The translations under genes were made by a program, and so were the position numbers. This document shows, piece by piece, positions 8,543 through 17,109 of a stretch of 32,219 nt of DNA (its first letter is position 1; each line of letters starts with the position of its first letter). The DNA lies in NCBI GenBank assembly GCA_002358835.1, contig DEPP01000101.1, positions 6,271-38,489 of the forward strand, written 5' to 3'. This DNA comes from Bacteroidales bacterium UBA3389. GTDB lineage: Bacteria; Bacteroidota; Bacteroidia; Bacteroidales; P3. A model generated the notes under the pieces. It saw only the letters and a program-made list of their open reading frames with translations. It searched no databases and was not told the DNA's origin.

Positions 8543-9640
8543 TTATTTTTCAATATTATCGAAATATCCGTCAATCAATTCCTGTGCTGCGATATATGCA
8601 GACACTCTATCGTTCAATACATCTTGTTTGAATTGCTCCAATTTCTCAACGATGAATTGCGAATTATAGAAACGTTCTGTCAAAGTGCTGTTTATGGTTT
8701 CTGATAGTATTCTTAGATTTTGCTCATTTCTTTTCTTATGGAAGTGTCCGTTTGCTTTAGTTTGTGCAACGTATTCCATAATCGTTTCCCATATCTTATC
8801 GATACCGTCACCCGTATAAGCAGAGGAAGTAAACACTACAGGCTTCCAGCCGTTTTCGTTATGAGGGAACAAGGATAAAGCACTGCGATATTGACTTGCT
8901 GCAAGCTCTGCTCTGTTTGGGTCTAATTCCGCTTTGTTTATTGATATGGCATCCGCCATTTCCATGATTCCTCTCTTTATTCCTTGCAATTCATCACCTG
9001 CGTTGGCAAGTTGCAAAAGTAAAAAGAAGTCAACCATTGAGTGAGCAACAACTTCGCTTTGTCCAACTCCGACTGTCTCAACAAAAACAACATCAAAGCC
9101 TGCCGCTTCGCAAAGGATAATAATCTCTCTTGTCTTTCTTGCAACTCCACCCAAACTTCCGGCAGAAGGGGAAGGACGTATAAATGCATTCGGATCGTTT
9201 GCTAACTCTTCCATACGCGTTTTGTCCCCAAGTATGCTTCCTTTTGTTTTTTCGCTTGTAGGGTCTATGGCAAGTACGGCTAACTTGTGTCCGCTATGAG
9301 TAAGTTTTGTTCCAAGAGCTTCAATAGTTGTACTTTTACCTACTCCGGGTACGCCTGTGATACCTACTCTTATACTTTTGCCGGCATAAGGCAGACATCT
9401 TTCTATAATTTGCTGAGCTTTGTGTTGATGTTCCGATAAATTACTCTCAACAAGGGTGATAGCTTGTGAAAGCATCACCCTGTCGGAGTTTAATATACCA
9501 TTTACATATTCATCAACACTTATCTCTCTTTTCTTTTTTAGTTTGAATCGAGTATTGACTGAAGAAGGCTTGTCTCCAATCGCATCTTGAACTTTCAAAG
9601 CAGAGTTAGGATTGTTTTTGTCTATGATTCTGTCGTACAT
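8543..9640 (-). CDS. meaB: MeaB/ArgK-type G3E-family GTPase (methylmalonyl-CoA mutase accessory protein)
   Basis: The protein is 365 aa. It has the P-loop GITGVPGVGKST, the VETVGVGQSE switch motif, and NKAEL (NKxD-like). Confidence 0.85.
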   Translation of the reverse strand: MYDRIIDKNNPNSALKVQDAIGDKPSSVNTRFKLKKKREISVDEYVNGILNSDRVMLSQAITLVESNLSEHQHKAQQIIERCLPYAGKSIRVGITGVPGVGKSTTIEALGTKLTHSGHKLAVLAIDPTSEKTKGSILGDKTRMEELANDPNAFIRPSPSAGSLGGVARKTREIIILCEAAGFDVVFVETVGVGQSEVVAHSMVDFFLLLQLANAGDELQGIKRGIMEMADAISINKAELDPNRAELAASQYRSALSLFPHNENGWKPVVFTSSAYTGDGIDKIWETIMEYVAQTKANGHFHKKRNEQNLRILSETINSTLTERFYNSQFIVEKLEQFKQDVLNDRVSAYIAAQELIDGYFDNIEK

Positions 9641-9645
9641 TGTTC

Positions 9646-10404
9646 TTATTTCTTGAAAAAGTGTCCTGAGTCAGCTTGAGCTGTAGGCATGATTGTTAAA
9701 TCATTGATGCAAACATGTGCAGGCAAAGATACGCAATACATAATAGTGTCTGCAATGTCTTCTGCGGTCAATGGCGTAAATCCTTTGTAGGTTGCGGCAG
9801 CCTTTTCTGTATCTCCGTGGAATCTTACTATTGAAAATTCCGTTTCAACAGCACCCGGACAAATATTGGTTACCTTTACGTTATATGGTAATGCGTCTAT
9901 TCTGATTCCTTTGCTTATTGCATCAACAGCATGTTTTGCAGCACAATAAACATTTCCTTCAGAGTAAACTTGCTTTCCTGCAATCGAGCAAAGATTTACT
10001 ATATGTCCTTTTTGATTTTTGCACATAATGGGCAATAGAACTTTGGTTACATAAAGCAAACCTTTTACATTGGTGTCGATCATTGTATCCCAATCTTCTA
10101 TAGCACCATCTTGTATCGGCTCTTTACCTAAAGCACCACCTGCATTATTTACCAAAACATCTATATCAACCCATTTACCGTTCAAGTCTCCGAGATGTTT
10201 TTTTACTTCCTCAAATTCTCTGACATCAAAGCAACATTTCAACACCTCGGCACCAAGTCCGTTCAATTCTTTTTCGAGTTCGTCGAGTCTTTCTTTTCTT
10301 CTGCCTGTTATAATCAAGTCATAACCATTTTCCGCCAACTTAAGGGCTGTAGCTTTTCCGATTCCCGATGTAGCTCCTGTTACAATAGCTGTTTTTCTCA
10401 TCAT
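9646..10404 (-). CDS. Short-chain dehydrogenase/reductase (YdfG-like NADP-dependent)
   Basis: The protein is 252 aa. It has the cofactor motif TGATSGIGKA, NNAG, and the catalytic motif YCAAKHA. Confidence 0.85.
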   Translation of the reverse strand: MMRKTAIVTGATSGIGKATALKLAENGYDLIITGRRKERLDELEKELNGLGAEVLKCCFDVREFEEVKKHLGDLNGKWVDIDVLVNNAGGALGKEPIQDGAIEDWDTMIDTNVKGLLYVTKVLLPIMCKNQKGHIVNLCSIAGKQVYSEGNVYCAAKHAVDAISKGIRIDALPYNVKVTNICPGAVETEFSIVRFHGDTEKAAATYKGFTPLTAEDIADTIMYCVSLPAHVCINDLTIMPTAQADSGHFFKK

Positions 10405-10418
10405 TCAAATAAGTTTAA

Positions 10419-11612
10419 TTAGTCCAATATTGCTTTGATTCCCGGTAATGTTTTTCCTTCCAAGTACTCCAACATAGCACCACCGCCTGTTGATATGTAT
10501 GAAATTTTATCTGCAAAACCTGATTTTTTGATTGCAGAAACACTATCACCGCCACCAACTGCTGCAAATGCACCTTTATCGGTTGCTTCTGCAATATATT
10601 TTGCTATGCTGTTTGTTCCGCCTGCAAAGTTCTCAAATTCGAAAACACCGACAGGACCGTTCCATAAAATGGTTTTTGAATCCAAAATAACCTTTCCAAA
10701 CAATTCTCTCGTTTTTTCGCCTGCGTCCATTCCCTCTAACTCATCAGGGATATTTACTTCTGGACAATACTTTATGTTACAATCGTTTGAGAATGCATCA
10801 CCTGCCAATATATCAACAGGAAGATAAAGATTTACATTTTGTTTCTTTGCTTCTTCTTGCAAATCCAAAGCAACTTGTATCTTATCATCTTCACATATCG
10901 ATTTACCAATGTTTTTGCCGTTAGCCTTTGCAAAAGTATAACTCATACCTCCACCGATAATCAAGTTGTCTACCAAAGGCAACAAATTTTTTATCACATC
11001 TATTTTTGAAGATATTTTACTTCCACCGATGATTGCTGTGAATGGTTTTGTAGGAGCGTTCATCAACTTTGTAAGATTAACAATCTCGTGTTCCATCAAA
11101 AGACCGAAATATTTGTCGTTAGGGAAGAATTGTGCGATTGTTGCAGTTGAGGAATGTTCTCTGTGAGCTGCACCGAATGCATCATTCACATAACAATCGC
11201 CTAACGAAGCCAATTTCTTTGCTAACTCAACATCGCCTTTTGTTTCTTCCGGATAGAAGCGTATGTTCTCAATCATCATCACTTCTCCTTGCTTCAAGTT
11301 GTCTGCAAGCTCTTTTATGTCATTGAAATCAAGACTTTGAGTGAATGCAACCTTTTGATTGAGGAGTTCAGACAAATAATCGACAACCGGCTTTAAGCTA
11401 AGCTCAGGTTCAAATCCTCCTTTTTTAGGACGACCAAAGTGAGCCATCAAAATTATTGAAGCACCGTCGCTCATAAGTTTTTTGATTGTCGGCATAGCTT
11501 CCTGTATTCTTGTGTCGTCTGTAATTTTCTTGTTCTCGTCAACAGGAACGTTGAAATCAACTCTTACCAAAACTTTCTTACCTGCAAAGTTTACACTACT
11601 TATTCCTTTCAT
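10419..11612 (-). CDS. pgk: Phosphoglycerate kinase
   Basis: The protein is 397 aa. Canonical Pgk motifs are present: VRVDFNVP, HFGRPKG-like (AHFGRPKKG), and STGGGAMLEYLEGK. Confidence 0.97.
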   Translation of the reverse strand: MKGISSVNFAGKKVLVRVDFNVPVDENKKITDDTRIQEAMPTIKKLMSDGASIILMAHFGRPKKGGFEPELSLKPVVDYLSELLNQKVAFTQSLDFNDIKELADNLKQGEVMMIENIRFYPEETKGDVELAKKLASLGDCYVNDAFGAAHREHSSTATIAQFFPNDKYFGLLMEHEIVNLTKLMNAPTKPFTAIIGGSKISSKIDVIKNLLPLVDNLIIGGGMSYTFAKANGKNIGKSICEDDKIQVALDLQEEAKKQNVNLYLPVDILAGDAFSNDCNIKYCPEVNIPDELEGMDAGEKTRELFGKVILDSKTILWNGPVGVFEFENFAGGTNSIAKYIAEATDKGAFAAVGGGDSVSAIKKSGFADKISYISTGGGAMLEYLEGKTLPGIKAILD

Positions 11613-11638
11613 GTCAATTCTGATTTTTTAATTTTACA

Positions 11639-11646
11639 CAAAAGTA
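11639..11646 (-). promoter_or_regulatory. Candidate Bacteroidetes -7 promoter box for pgk
   Basis: The plus strand reads CAAAAGTA, which is TACTTTTG on the minus strand and matches TAnnTTTG. It lies 27 nt upstream of the pgk ATG. No good -33 TTTG was found. Confidence 0.3.
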
Positions 11647-11806
11647 ACAATTATTTTTGAAATAAAGTTTCATTAAGTCACTAAATCTTCAAACATGGAT
11701 TTTTTTAGACCTGATTTTGTTTTCTAAGTCGTGTGATTTGATTTGTTGAAGTTTTGATTTGTATTTTTTGTTAAGTTGTTGTAAATCAATGGTTGCTTGC
11801 TTGGTG

Positions 11807-11894
11807 AAAATAAAACAAAGAAACAGTTTTTTCTTTTCAAGATTTATTTTACTGAAATCAAGAAACAATTTACTGAAACAAAGAAATAATTTTG
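11807..11894. repeat. Intergenic modular repeat, copy B (four head-to-tail units)
   Basis: The units are AAAACAAAGAAACAGTTTT (11812-11830), TTCTTTTCAAGATTTATTTT (11831-11850), ACTGAAATCAAGAAACAATTT (11851-11871) and ACTGAAACAAAGAAATAATTTTG (11872-11894). The CAA(A)G guanines sit at 11820, 11841, 11862 and 11883. Confidence 0.8.
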
Positions 11895-11982
11895 TGCAAT
11901 CAATAATTTGTAAAATTCAATCTTTGGTAGAACTATTTCTAAACCGTAATCGTACATTTATATCATAAAATACGAATAATGA

Positions 11983-12014
11983 TTTGGTCGTAAGTAAATA
12001 AAGTTGTATATTTG
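11983..12014 (+). promoter_or_regulatory. Candidate Bacteroidetes sigma-A type promoter (-33 TTTG / -7 TAnnTTTG) of the tamB-like gene
   Basis: TTTG lies at 11983-11986 and TATATTTG at 12007-12014, separated by a 20-nt spacer. The ATG at 12024 is only 9 nt past the -7 box. Confidence 0.45.
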
Positions 12015-15000
12015 CAAGAGATTATGGATAGTAGTATCAAGTCGAAAACAAAACTAATATTATTGAAAAGCACAAAGGTGTTGGCTTATGTGCTTTTGGG
12101 AGTGTTTTTGTTTGTTTACTTGCTTATTGCTGTTTTGAATAGTTCGTTGGTTCAATCCTATACAGCGGCCAAAGTGTCTGAATATTTTTCCAAAGAGTGG
12201 AAAGCAAAGGTGTCGATAGGTGCTTTGGAAATACGGCCTTTGCTTACGGTGGGATTGAAAGATGTTTACTTGGAAGATCCTAATGGAAATGTTATTGCAG
12301 ATGCGGACTACATCAGTGCAACTCTTCGTTCGCTCACTTTGCCTAATGAATTTGTTTTGTCGGAAGTTTATTTGAGAAATGTAAACTATGTGGTTGCAAT
12401 AGGTGAAGAGGGTTTGAATCTGTCGTTTATAATAAACTATTTCAAAAGTGATAAGCCTAAACCGCCAAAACCAAAAGGTCCACCGTTTACATTGAGAGTC
12501 GATAAACTCAAAATGGATAATGTCGATTTCAAACTCGACTTGAATACCAATCCGACGCCGATTCCTGAATTTGGAGTCGCCGTAAATCACATGCAATTTG
12601 ACGATATAAATGCGATAATCAAAGATATTGTTGTCATAAACGATTCGATTAGGGCTGATTTTCAAAGATTCTCCACAAGAGAACGTTCAGGGCAAACAAT
12701 CAAAGACCTAAGTGGTAAATTCGTTGTAAGTCCGAGAGGTATTACATGCCGAGATATGCACTTGCAAACCGATGATTCCGACCTTAGAATGCAAGCCGGT
12801 ATCAAGACTTCTTCATGGAAAACATATTCATACTTTATCGATTCGGCTGATTGCAATCTTCTCATTGCCAAAGGCAGTAGAGTGTCGGTTAAAGATGCGA
12901 CATATTGGGCTCCTATGCTGAAAGGTTTCGACCAAACATTCTCTATCTTTACCAAAATCGAGGGAACGGTTGCCGATGCAAAGTGTGAGTTTATGGAATT
13001 GGAAACAAGTCAAACCAAATTGAGCCTTGAGGGAAGCGTTTGTGGATTACCGGATATTTATAACACTGTTTTTGACGTAAGATTAAAGCATTTGGAGTCG
13101 TCGGTTGATGATTTCAATTCATTCCGTTTTGGAGAAATGTTGTCAAGTGTTAAATTGCCTCAAATGTTGGCAACACTTGGGACGGTGAAAATGGAAGCTG
13201 ATTTTTCAGGTTATATAGACAAATTTATTGCAAGCGGAAAGATAGAAACAGGTGTAGGTGATTTCGATCTGTTGGCAAATTCCGATAGAGTTCAAGGCGG
13301 AAAGACCTATTACGAATGCTCGTTGAAAAGTCCAAAATTCGATGTAGGGGCGTTTTTGAATCAAAAAATACTTTCCACAACCGCTGTTGAATTGACTGCG
13401 AATGCAATACCGGGTGGTTTGAATGAGTTGATAGCCGAAGCAGAAGTTCAATTGGATGGATTGGTATTCAATGGCAATAACTACAATTCTGTGTTTTTAG
13501 ATGCCAAAATGGATAAAGGAAAAGTCGATGCCCAATGTGATATTCTTGATGATGCACTTGTGTTGAATCTTAACTGTAAAGGAAATATTGCAGATACGCA
13601 AATGGTTGTCTTATCGGCAGATATATCCGAAGCGGATTTGAATAAAATGAATTTTTATGTCTTTTCGGATCCTGAAACAGAAGTGTCGACAAGAATTTTT
13701 GCAAGAGTCAGAGATTTTGATTTGGGAAGTATGAATGGTTTTGTTGATTTGCAAAATACCAAGATAAGCAATACGGAAAAAGAATATGAGATAGAATATT
13801 TTAATCTTAGGCTTAAGAATGATAGTTTGGAGAATCGTTTGATGCTTAAATCGGATTTGGCGGATTTAACGGTGAATGGAAAATATCAATTGCCTATTTT
13901 GATTAAAGAGGTAACAGGTTTGATTGACAGATATAAGCCGGATTTGTATTTATTATCCGATTCGGAAATAACAAACCGTATGTCCGATACATTGAATCAA
14001 TCATTTGATGTAACATCCTCGTTGGATTTTGATTTGAATGTGAAAAACATAAGTCTTATTGCACAATTGTTTGATTTGAATATGGGGCTTGAAAACGGAT
14101 TAAGTCTAAAGGGAAAAATAAATCCTCAAGATATTTTTTCGGCAGAGTTATCCGTTCCATCTTTTGCATTTAACGATATGATGTTTGAGCAAATCGAGAT
14201 GATGGCATCAACAAATAAAAAAGGTCTTTCGTTATTTGCCGGTTTGGAAAACTTGCAATTGACAGATAGTTTCGCGATTTCGACTCCTAAAGTCAATATA
14301 GACCTTGAGGGAAATGATGTCAGACTATTGGCAAACTTTGGAAATAAGGAGCAAAACGATATTGGCGGAAAATTGGATGTGCGTTCTTATCTCACAAATA
14401 CAGGTTTGCAGGTTACATTCTCTGATTCTTATATTTCTTTGGCGGGAGATAAAATAAGATTTAACGATAACCATTTGATAAATTATAAAAACGGTTGTCT
14501 GAGTCTTATGAATTTTGCCTTGTATAAAGGAAAGGAAAATATAGTTGTAAATGGCGATATGTCGTCTCGCCCGGAGGATAAACTGACTGTTACATTCAAA
14601 AATCTTGATATTGCAGATTTTAATCCTATATTGCAGAAATTCGGACTCAGTTTACAGGGAAAAATGAATGATAATGTGGTTTTGAGAAGTGTTTTCAAAG
14701 ATATGACTCTTACTTCCAACGTTACAATAGATGACCTTGTGATTAATGATGTCAAATTGGGAAAAGCGAAGTTTGGATTTAACAATATGTTGTCTAAAGA
14801 CGAGTTTGCGGCAGACATAAGAATGAGTTACAACGAACCAAATTCAGGACAGATAATACCGCTTTCAATAAAAGGTAGAGTTAATCTTAAGGACAAAAAC
14901 GACAACCTTGATTTGAAAGTGGATATGCAGGAATTTGATATCAGGATTGTTGAGAATTATTTATCTTCTCTTTCATCTTACGTCAGGGGAAAGATATCTG

Positions 15001-16493
15001 CGGAGAATCTTTTGGTGAAAGGTAAGTTTACTCAGCCACATATTGCAGGTAGTTTGAAGATAAAGGACGGTGCAATGAAGATTGATATGCTCAACACAAC
15101 ATATTCCTTCAATGATGAATTGTTTGTGAACGACAATATCTTTACTATGGATAATTTTGTTTTGCAAGATGCACAGAAAAACAAGATTACTATCAACGGA
15201 ACAATAACTCATGACAATTTTACAAACTTTGATTTGAACCTAAAGGCAAAAGCAGATAAAATAAAGGTGCTTGATACAGAGGAATCGGTAGATCAGATGT
15301 ATTATGGTACGGTTTACGCCTCGGCAGATGTGAACCTACATGGAGATTTGAACTTTTTGAATATTGAAGTTACAGCAAAGACAGAACGAGGAACAAATTT
15401 GACTGTACCGATTTCAAGTAAGATGTCAGCCAATGAAAACTCCTACATCAAGTTTGCTTCAAACAGCGTTGTCGAAGAAAAGAAAAGCTCTGTCAAATCT
15501 TCGCAAGAAGAATCGTCTCTCGGCTATAAAGTTGTTGTGGATTTGAATGTAAATCCTAATGCTCAACTTTCAATTCCTATGAACTTTAATCAGTTGAAAG
15601 GAGAATTGGCAGCGGCCGGAAACGGTGACTTAAGGATTGATGTAAGTAGTGAAAGTGATTTGTCGATTCTTGGAACGATTGAGATAGATAATGGATTGTT
15701 CAAAATGTCTGTTATGGACATGGTAACAAAATCTTTTGACATCGAAAAGGGAGGCACACTTGCTTGGTCGGGAGCTCCTTCGAACGGAGAACTTAACGTA
15801 GAGGCCGTGTACAAAACAAAAGCCTCTTTAGCACCTGTTTTAGGGCAGGATTTCTCTAAGGCAGTCGATGTTCACTCTGTAATAAAGCTCACGGGGAATA
15901 TGATGAATCCTCAACCGAAATTCGATATTCGTTTGCCAAATACAGATGCTAATACGGTGGAACGTCTTTTCATGAACATAGATAGAAATGACGAGCGTGC
16001 AATGCTTGAACAGACGGCTTCGCTTTTATTCTTCCATCAATTCTATTCCTCGGAAGGTGCGTCTGAAAACTTGGTTATAGAAACAGGACTTTCATCTGCG
16101 TTTGAGGCAGCCTTTGGACAGATAAGCGGAATGCTTACCGATTTGATTCAGGTTGTGGATGTGAATATGAATTATTCGAGAGGAGCAGATGGAATGTCGG
16201 ATAGGGTTGACTTTAACTTGTCAAAGGACTACGGACGTATTGTTGTAAATGCAAATGCCGGCTTTTCGGGACGAAATGAAATGAATATGAATGAGAACGA
16301 AGCAATAATCGGAGATGCTTATGTTGAATACAAAATGACGGAGAACTTTCGCGTAAGAGTGTTTAACCGTTCGAATGCAAACGATTTCACAAAATACAAC
16401 ATAGCTCCTTACACTCAAGGTGTCGGTTTGTTCTATCATCGTCAGTATGACAGCTTTAAGGATATGTTTACAAGAAAAAAGAAAAACAAATAA
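12012..16493 (+). CDS. TamB-like translocation and assembly module protein (AsmA-like/DUF490 superfamily)
   Basis: This is a 1493-aa ORF. The ATG at 12024 is a more likely start than the TTG at 12012. It has a single N-terminal membrane anchor (VLAYVLLGVFLFVYLLIAVL) followed by a very long beta-rich, repeat-like body. The size and architecture are typical of Bacteroidota TamB annotations. Confidence 0.7.
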   Translation: MQEIMDSSIKSKTKLILLKSTKVLAYVLLGVFLFVYLLIAVLNSSLVQSYTAAKVSEYFSKEWKAKVSIGALEIRPLLTVGLKDVYLEDPNGNVIADADYISATLRSLTLPNEFVLSEVYLRNVNYVVAIGEEGLNLSFIINYFKSDKPKPPKPKGPPFTLRVDKLKMDNVDFKLDLNTNPTPIPEFGVAVNHMQFDDINAIIKDIVVINDSIRADFQRFSTRERSGQTIKDLSGKFVVSPRGITCRDMHLQTDDSDLRMQAGIKTSSWKTYSYFIDSADCNLLIAKGSRVSVKDATYWAPMLKGFDQTFSIFTKIEGTVADAKCEFMELETSQTKLSLEGSVCGLPDIYNTVFDVRLKHLESSVDDFNSFRFGEMLSSVKLPQMLATLGTVKMEADFSGYIDKFIASGKIETGVGDFDLLANSDRVQGGKTYYECSLKSPKFDVGAFLNQKILSTTAVELTANAIPGGLNELIAEAEVQLDGLVFNGNNYNSVFLDAKMDKGKVDAQCDILDDALVLNLNCKGNIADTQMVVLSADISEADLNKMNFYVFSDPETEVSTRIFARVRDFDLGSMNGFVDLQNTKISNTEKEYEIEYFNLRLKNDSLENRLMLKSDLADLTVNGKYQLPILIKEVTGLIDRYKPDLYLLSDSEITNRMSDTLNQSFDVTSSLDFDLNVKNISLIAQLFDLNMGLENGLSLKGKINPQDIFSAELSVPSFAFNDMMFEQIEMMASTNKKGLSLFAGLENLQLTDSFAISTPKVNIDLEGNDVRLLANFGNKEQNDIGGKLDVRSYLTNTGLQVTFSDSYISLAGDKIRFNDNHLINYKNGCLSLMNFALYKGKENIVVNGDMSSRPEDKLTVTFKNLDIADFNPILQKFGLSLQGKMNDNVVLRSVFKDMTLTSNVTIDDLVINDVKLGKAKFGFNNMLSKDEFAADIRMSYNEPNSGQIIPLSIKGRVNLKDKNDNLDLKVDMQEFDIRIVENYLSSLSSYVRGKISAENLLVKGKFTQPHIAGSLKIKDGAMKIDMLNTTYSFNDELFVNDNIFTMDNFVLQDAQKNKITINGTITHDNFTNFDLNLKAKADKIKVLDTEESVDQMYYGTVYASADVNLHGDLNFLNIEVTAKTERGTNLTVPISSKMSANENSYIKFASNSVVEEKKSSVKSSQEESSLGYKVVVDLNVNPNAQLSIPMNFNQLKGELAAAGNGDLRIDVSSESDLSILGTIEIDNGLFKMSVMDMVTKSFDIEKGGTLAWSGAPSNGELNVEAVYKTKASLAPVLGQDFSKAVDVHSVIKLTGNMMNPQPKFDIRLPNTDANTVERLFMNIDRNDERAMLEQTASLLFFHQFYSSEGASENLVIETGLSSAFEAAFGQISGMLTDLIQVVDVNMNYSRGADGMSDRVDFNLSKDYGRIVVNANAGFSGRNEMNMNENEAIIGDAYVEYKMTENFRVRVFNRSNANDFTKYNIAPYTQGVGLFYHRQYDSFKDMFTRKKKNK

Positions 16494-16504
16494 AAGAGAA
16501 AAAA

Positions 16505-16969
16505 ATGAAAGAATATACAATAGCACTTGTGGCACATGATAATTGTAAAGCAGATCTTACAGAGTGGGTGGCATTCAATAGATTGAGATTGGCAAAACAT
16601 AAACTCGTTTGCACAGGTACAACAGGCAAATTGGTAGAAAAAGCAATCAATAAAGGTTTAGATGATTCGGATAGCGATTATGTAAGAGTAAAGAGATTGA
16701 AATCGGGACCTTTGGGAGGTGATCAACAATTGGGTGCGATGATTTGTGAAGGCAAGATTGATTATCTTTTCTTTTTTTGGGATCCTATGGGACAACAACC
16801 GCACGATGTCGATGTCAAGGCTCTTCTTCGCATAGCCGTCATGTACAATATCCCGACTGCATCGAACAGAGCAACGGCGGATTTTCTGATTTCTTCACCT
16901 CTTTTTGAGGAATCTTCCTATAAACCAAAGCCATACGACTATTCATCGTACACAAATCGAAAGGTCTGA
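16505..16969 (+). CDS. mgsA: Methylglyoxal synthase
   Basis: The protein is 154 aa. It carries IALVAHDNCK, CTGTTG, GPLGGDQQ and PHDVDVKALLR, the canonical MgsA motifs. Confidence 0.95.
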   Translation: MKEYTIALVAHDNCKADLTEWVAFNRLRLAKHKLVCTGTTGKLVEKAINKGLDDSDSDYVRVKRLKSGPLGGDQQLGAMICEGKIDYLFFFWDPMGQQPHDVDVKALLRIAVMYNIPTASNRATADFLISSPLFEESSYKPKPYDYSSYTNRKV

Positions 16970-16989
16970 AACTCTATTTTTGAACCCTC

Positions 16990-17080
16990 AAAATTAAAAC
17001 AAAGAAATAATTTCAAAAAACAAAGAAATATTTTACTGAAATCAAGAAATATTTTTTTGAAACAAAGAAAGAATTTAATT
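16990..17080. repeat. Intergenic modular repeat, copy C (four direct units)
   Basis: The units are AAAACAAAGAAATAATTT, CAAAAAACAAAGAAATATTTT, ACTGAAATCAAGAAATATTTTT and TTGAAACAAAGAAAGAATTT. The CAA(A)G guanines sit at 17004, 17025, 17046 and 17067. Confidence 0.8.
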
Positions 17081-17109
17081 AAAATAATAACAAATAAATC
17101 GGAGTAAAA

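Noticed and set aside
8293-8631. A 112-aa plus-strand ORF bridging the META-domain and meaB genes
   Set aside because: It is antisense to two supported minus-strand genes and crosses their junction. It has no motifs.
11759-11968. A 69-aa ORF spanning repeat copy B
   Set aside because: Its reading frame is made of the repeat units themselves. The equivalent ORFs over other copies (21971-22291 and 31087-1350) are in different frames and orientations, so there is no conserved peptide.
12060-12665. A 201-aa minus-strand ORF inside the tamB-like gene, along with many shorter antisense or off-frame ORFs listed in the track
   Set aside because: It is fully nested in a long, coherent CDS. It has no recognisable motifs, no promoter and no independent signal.
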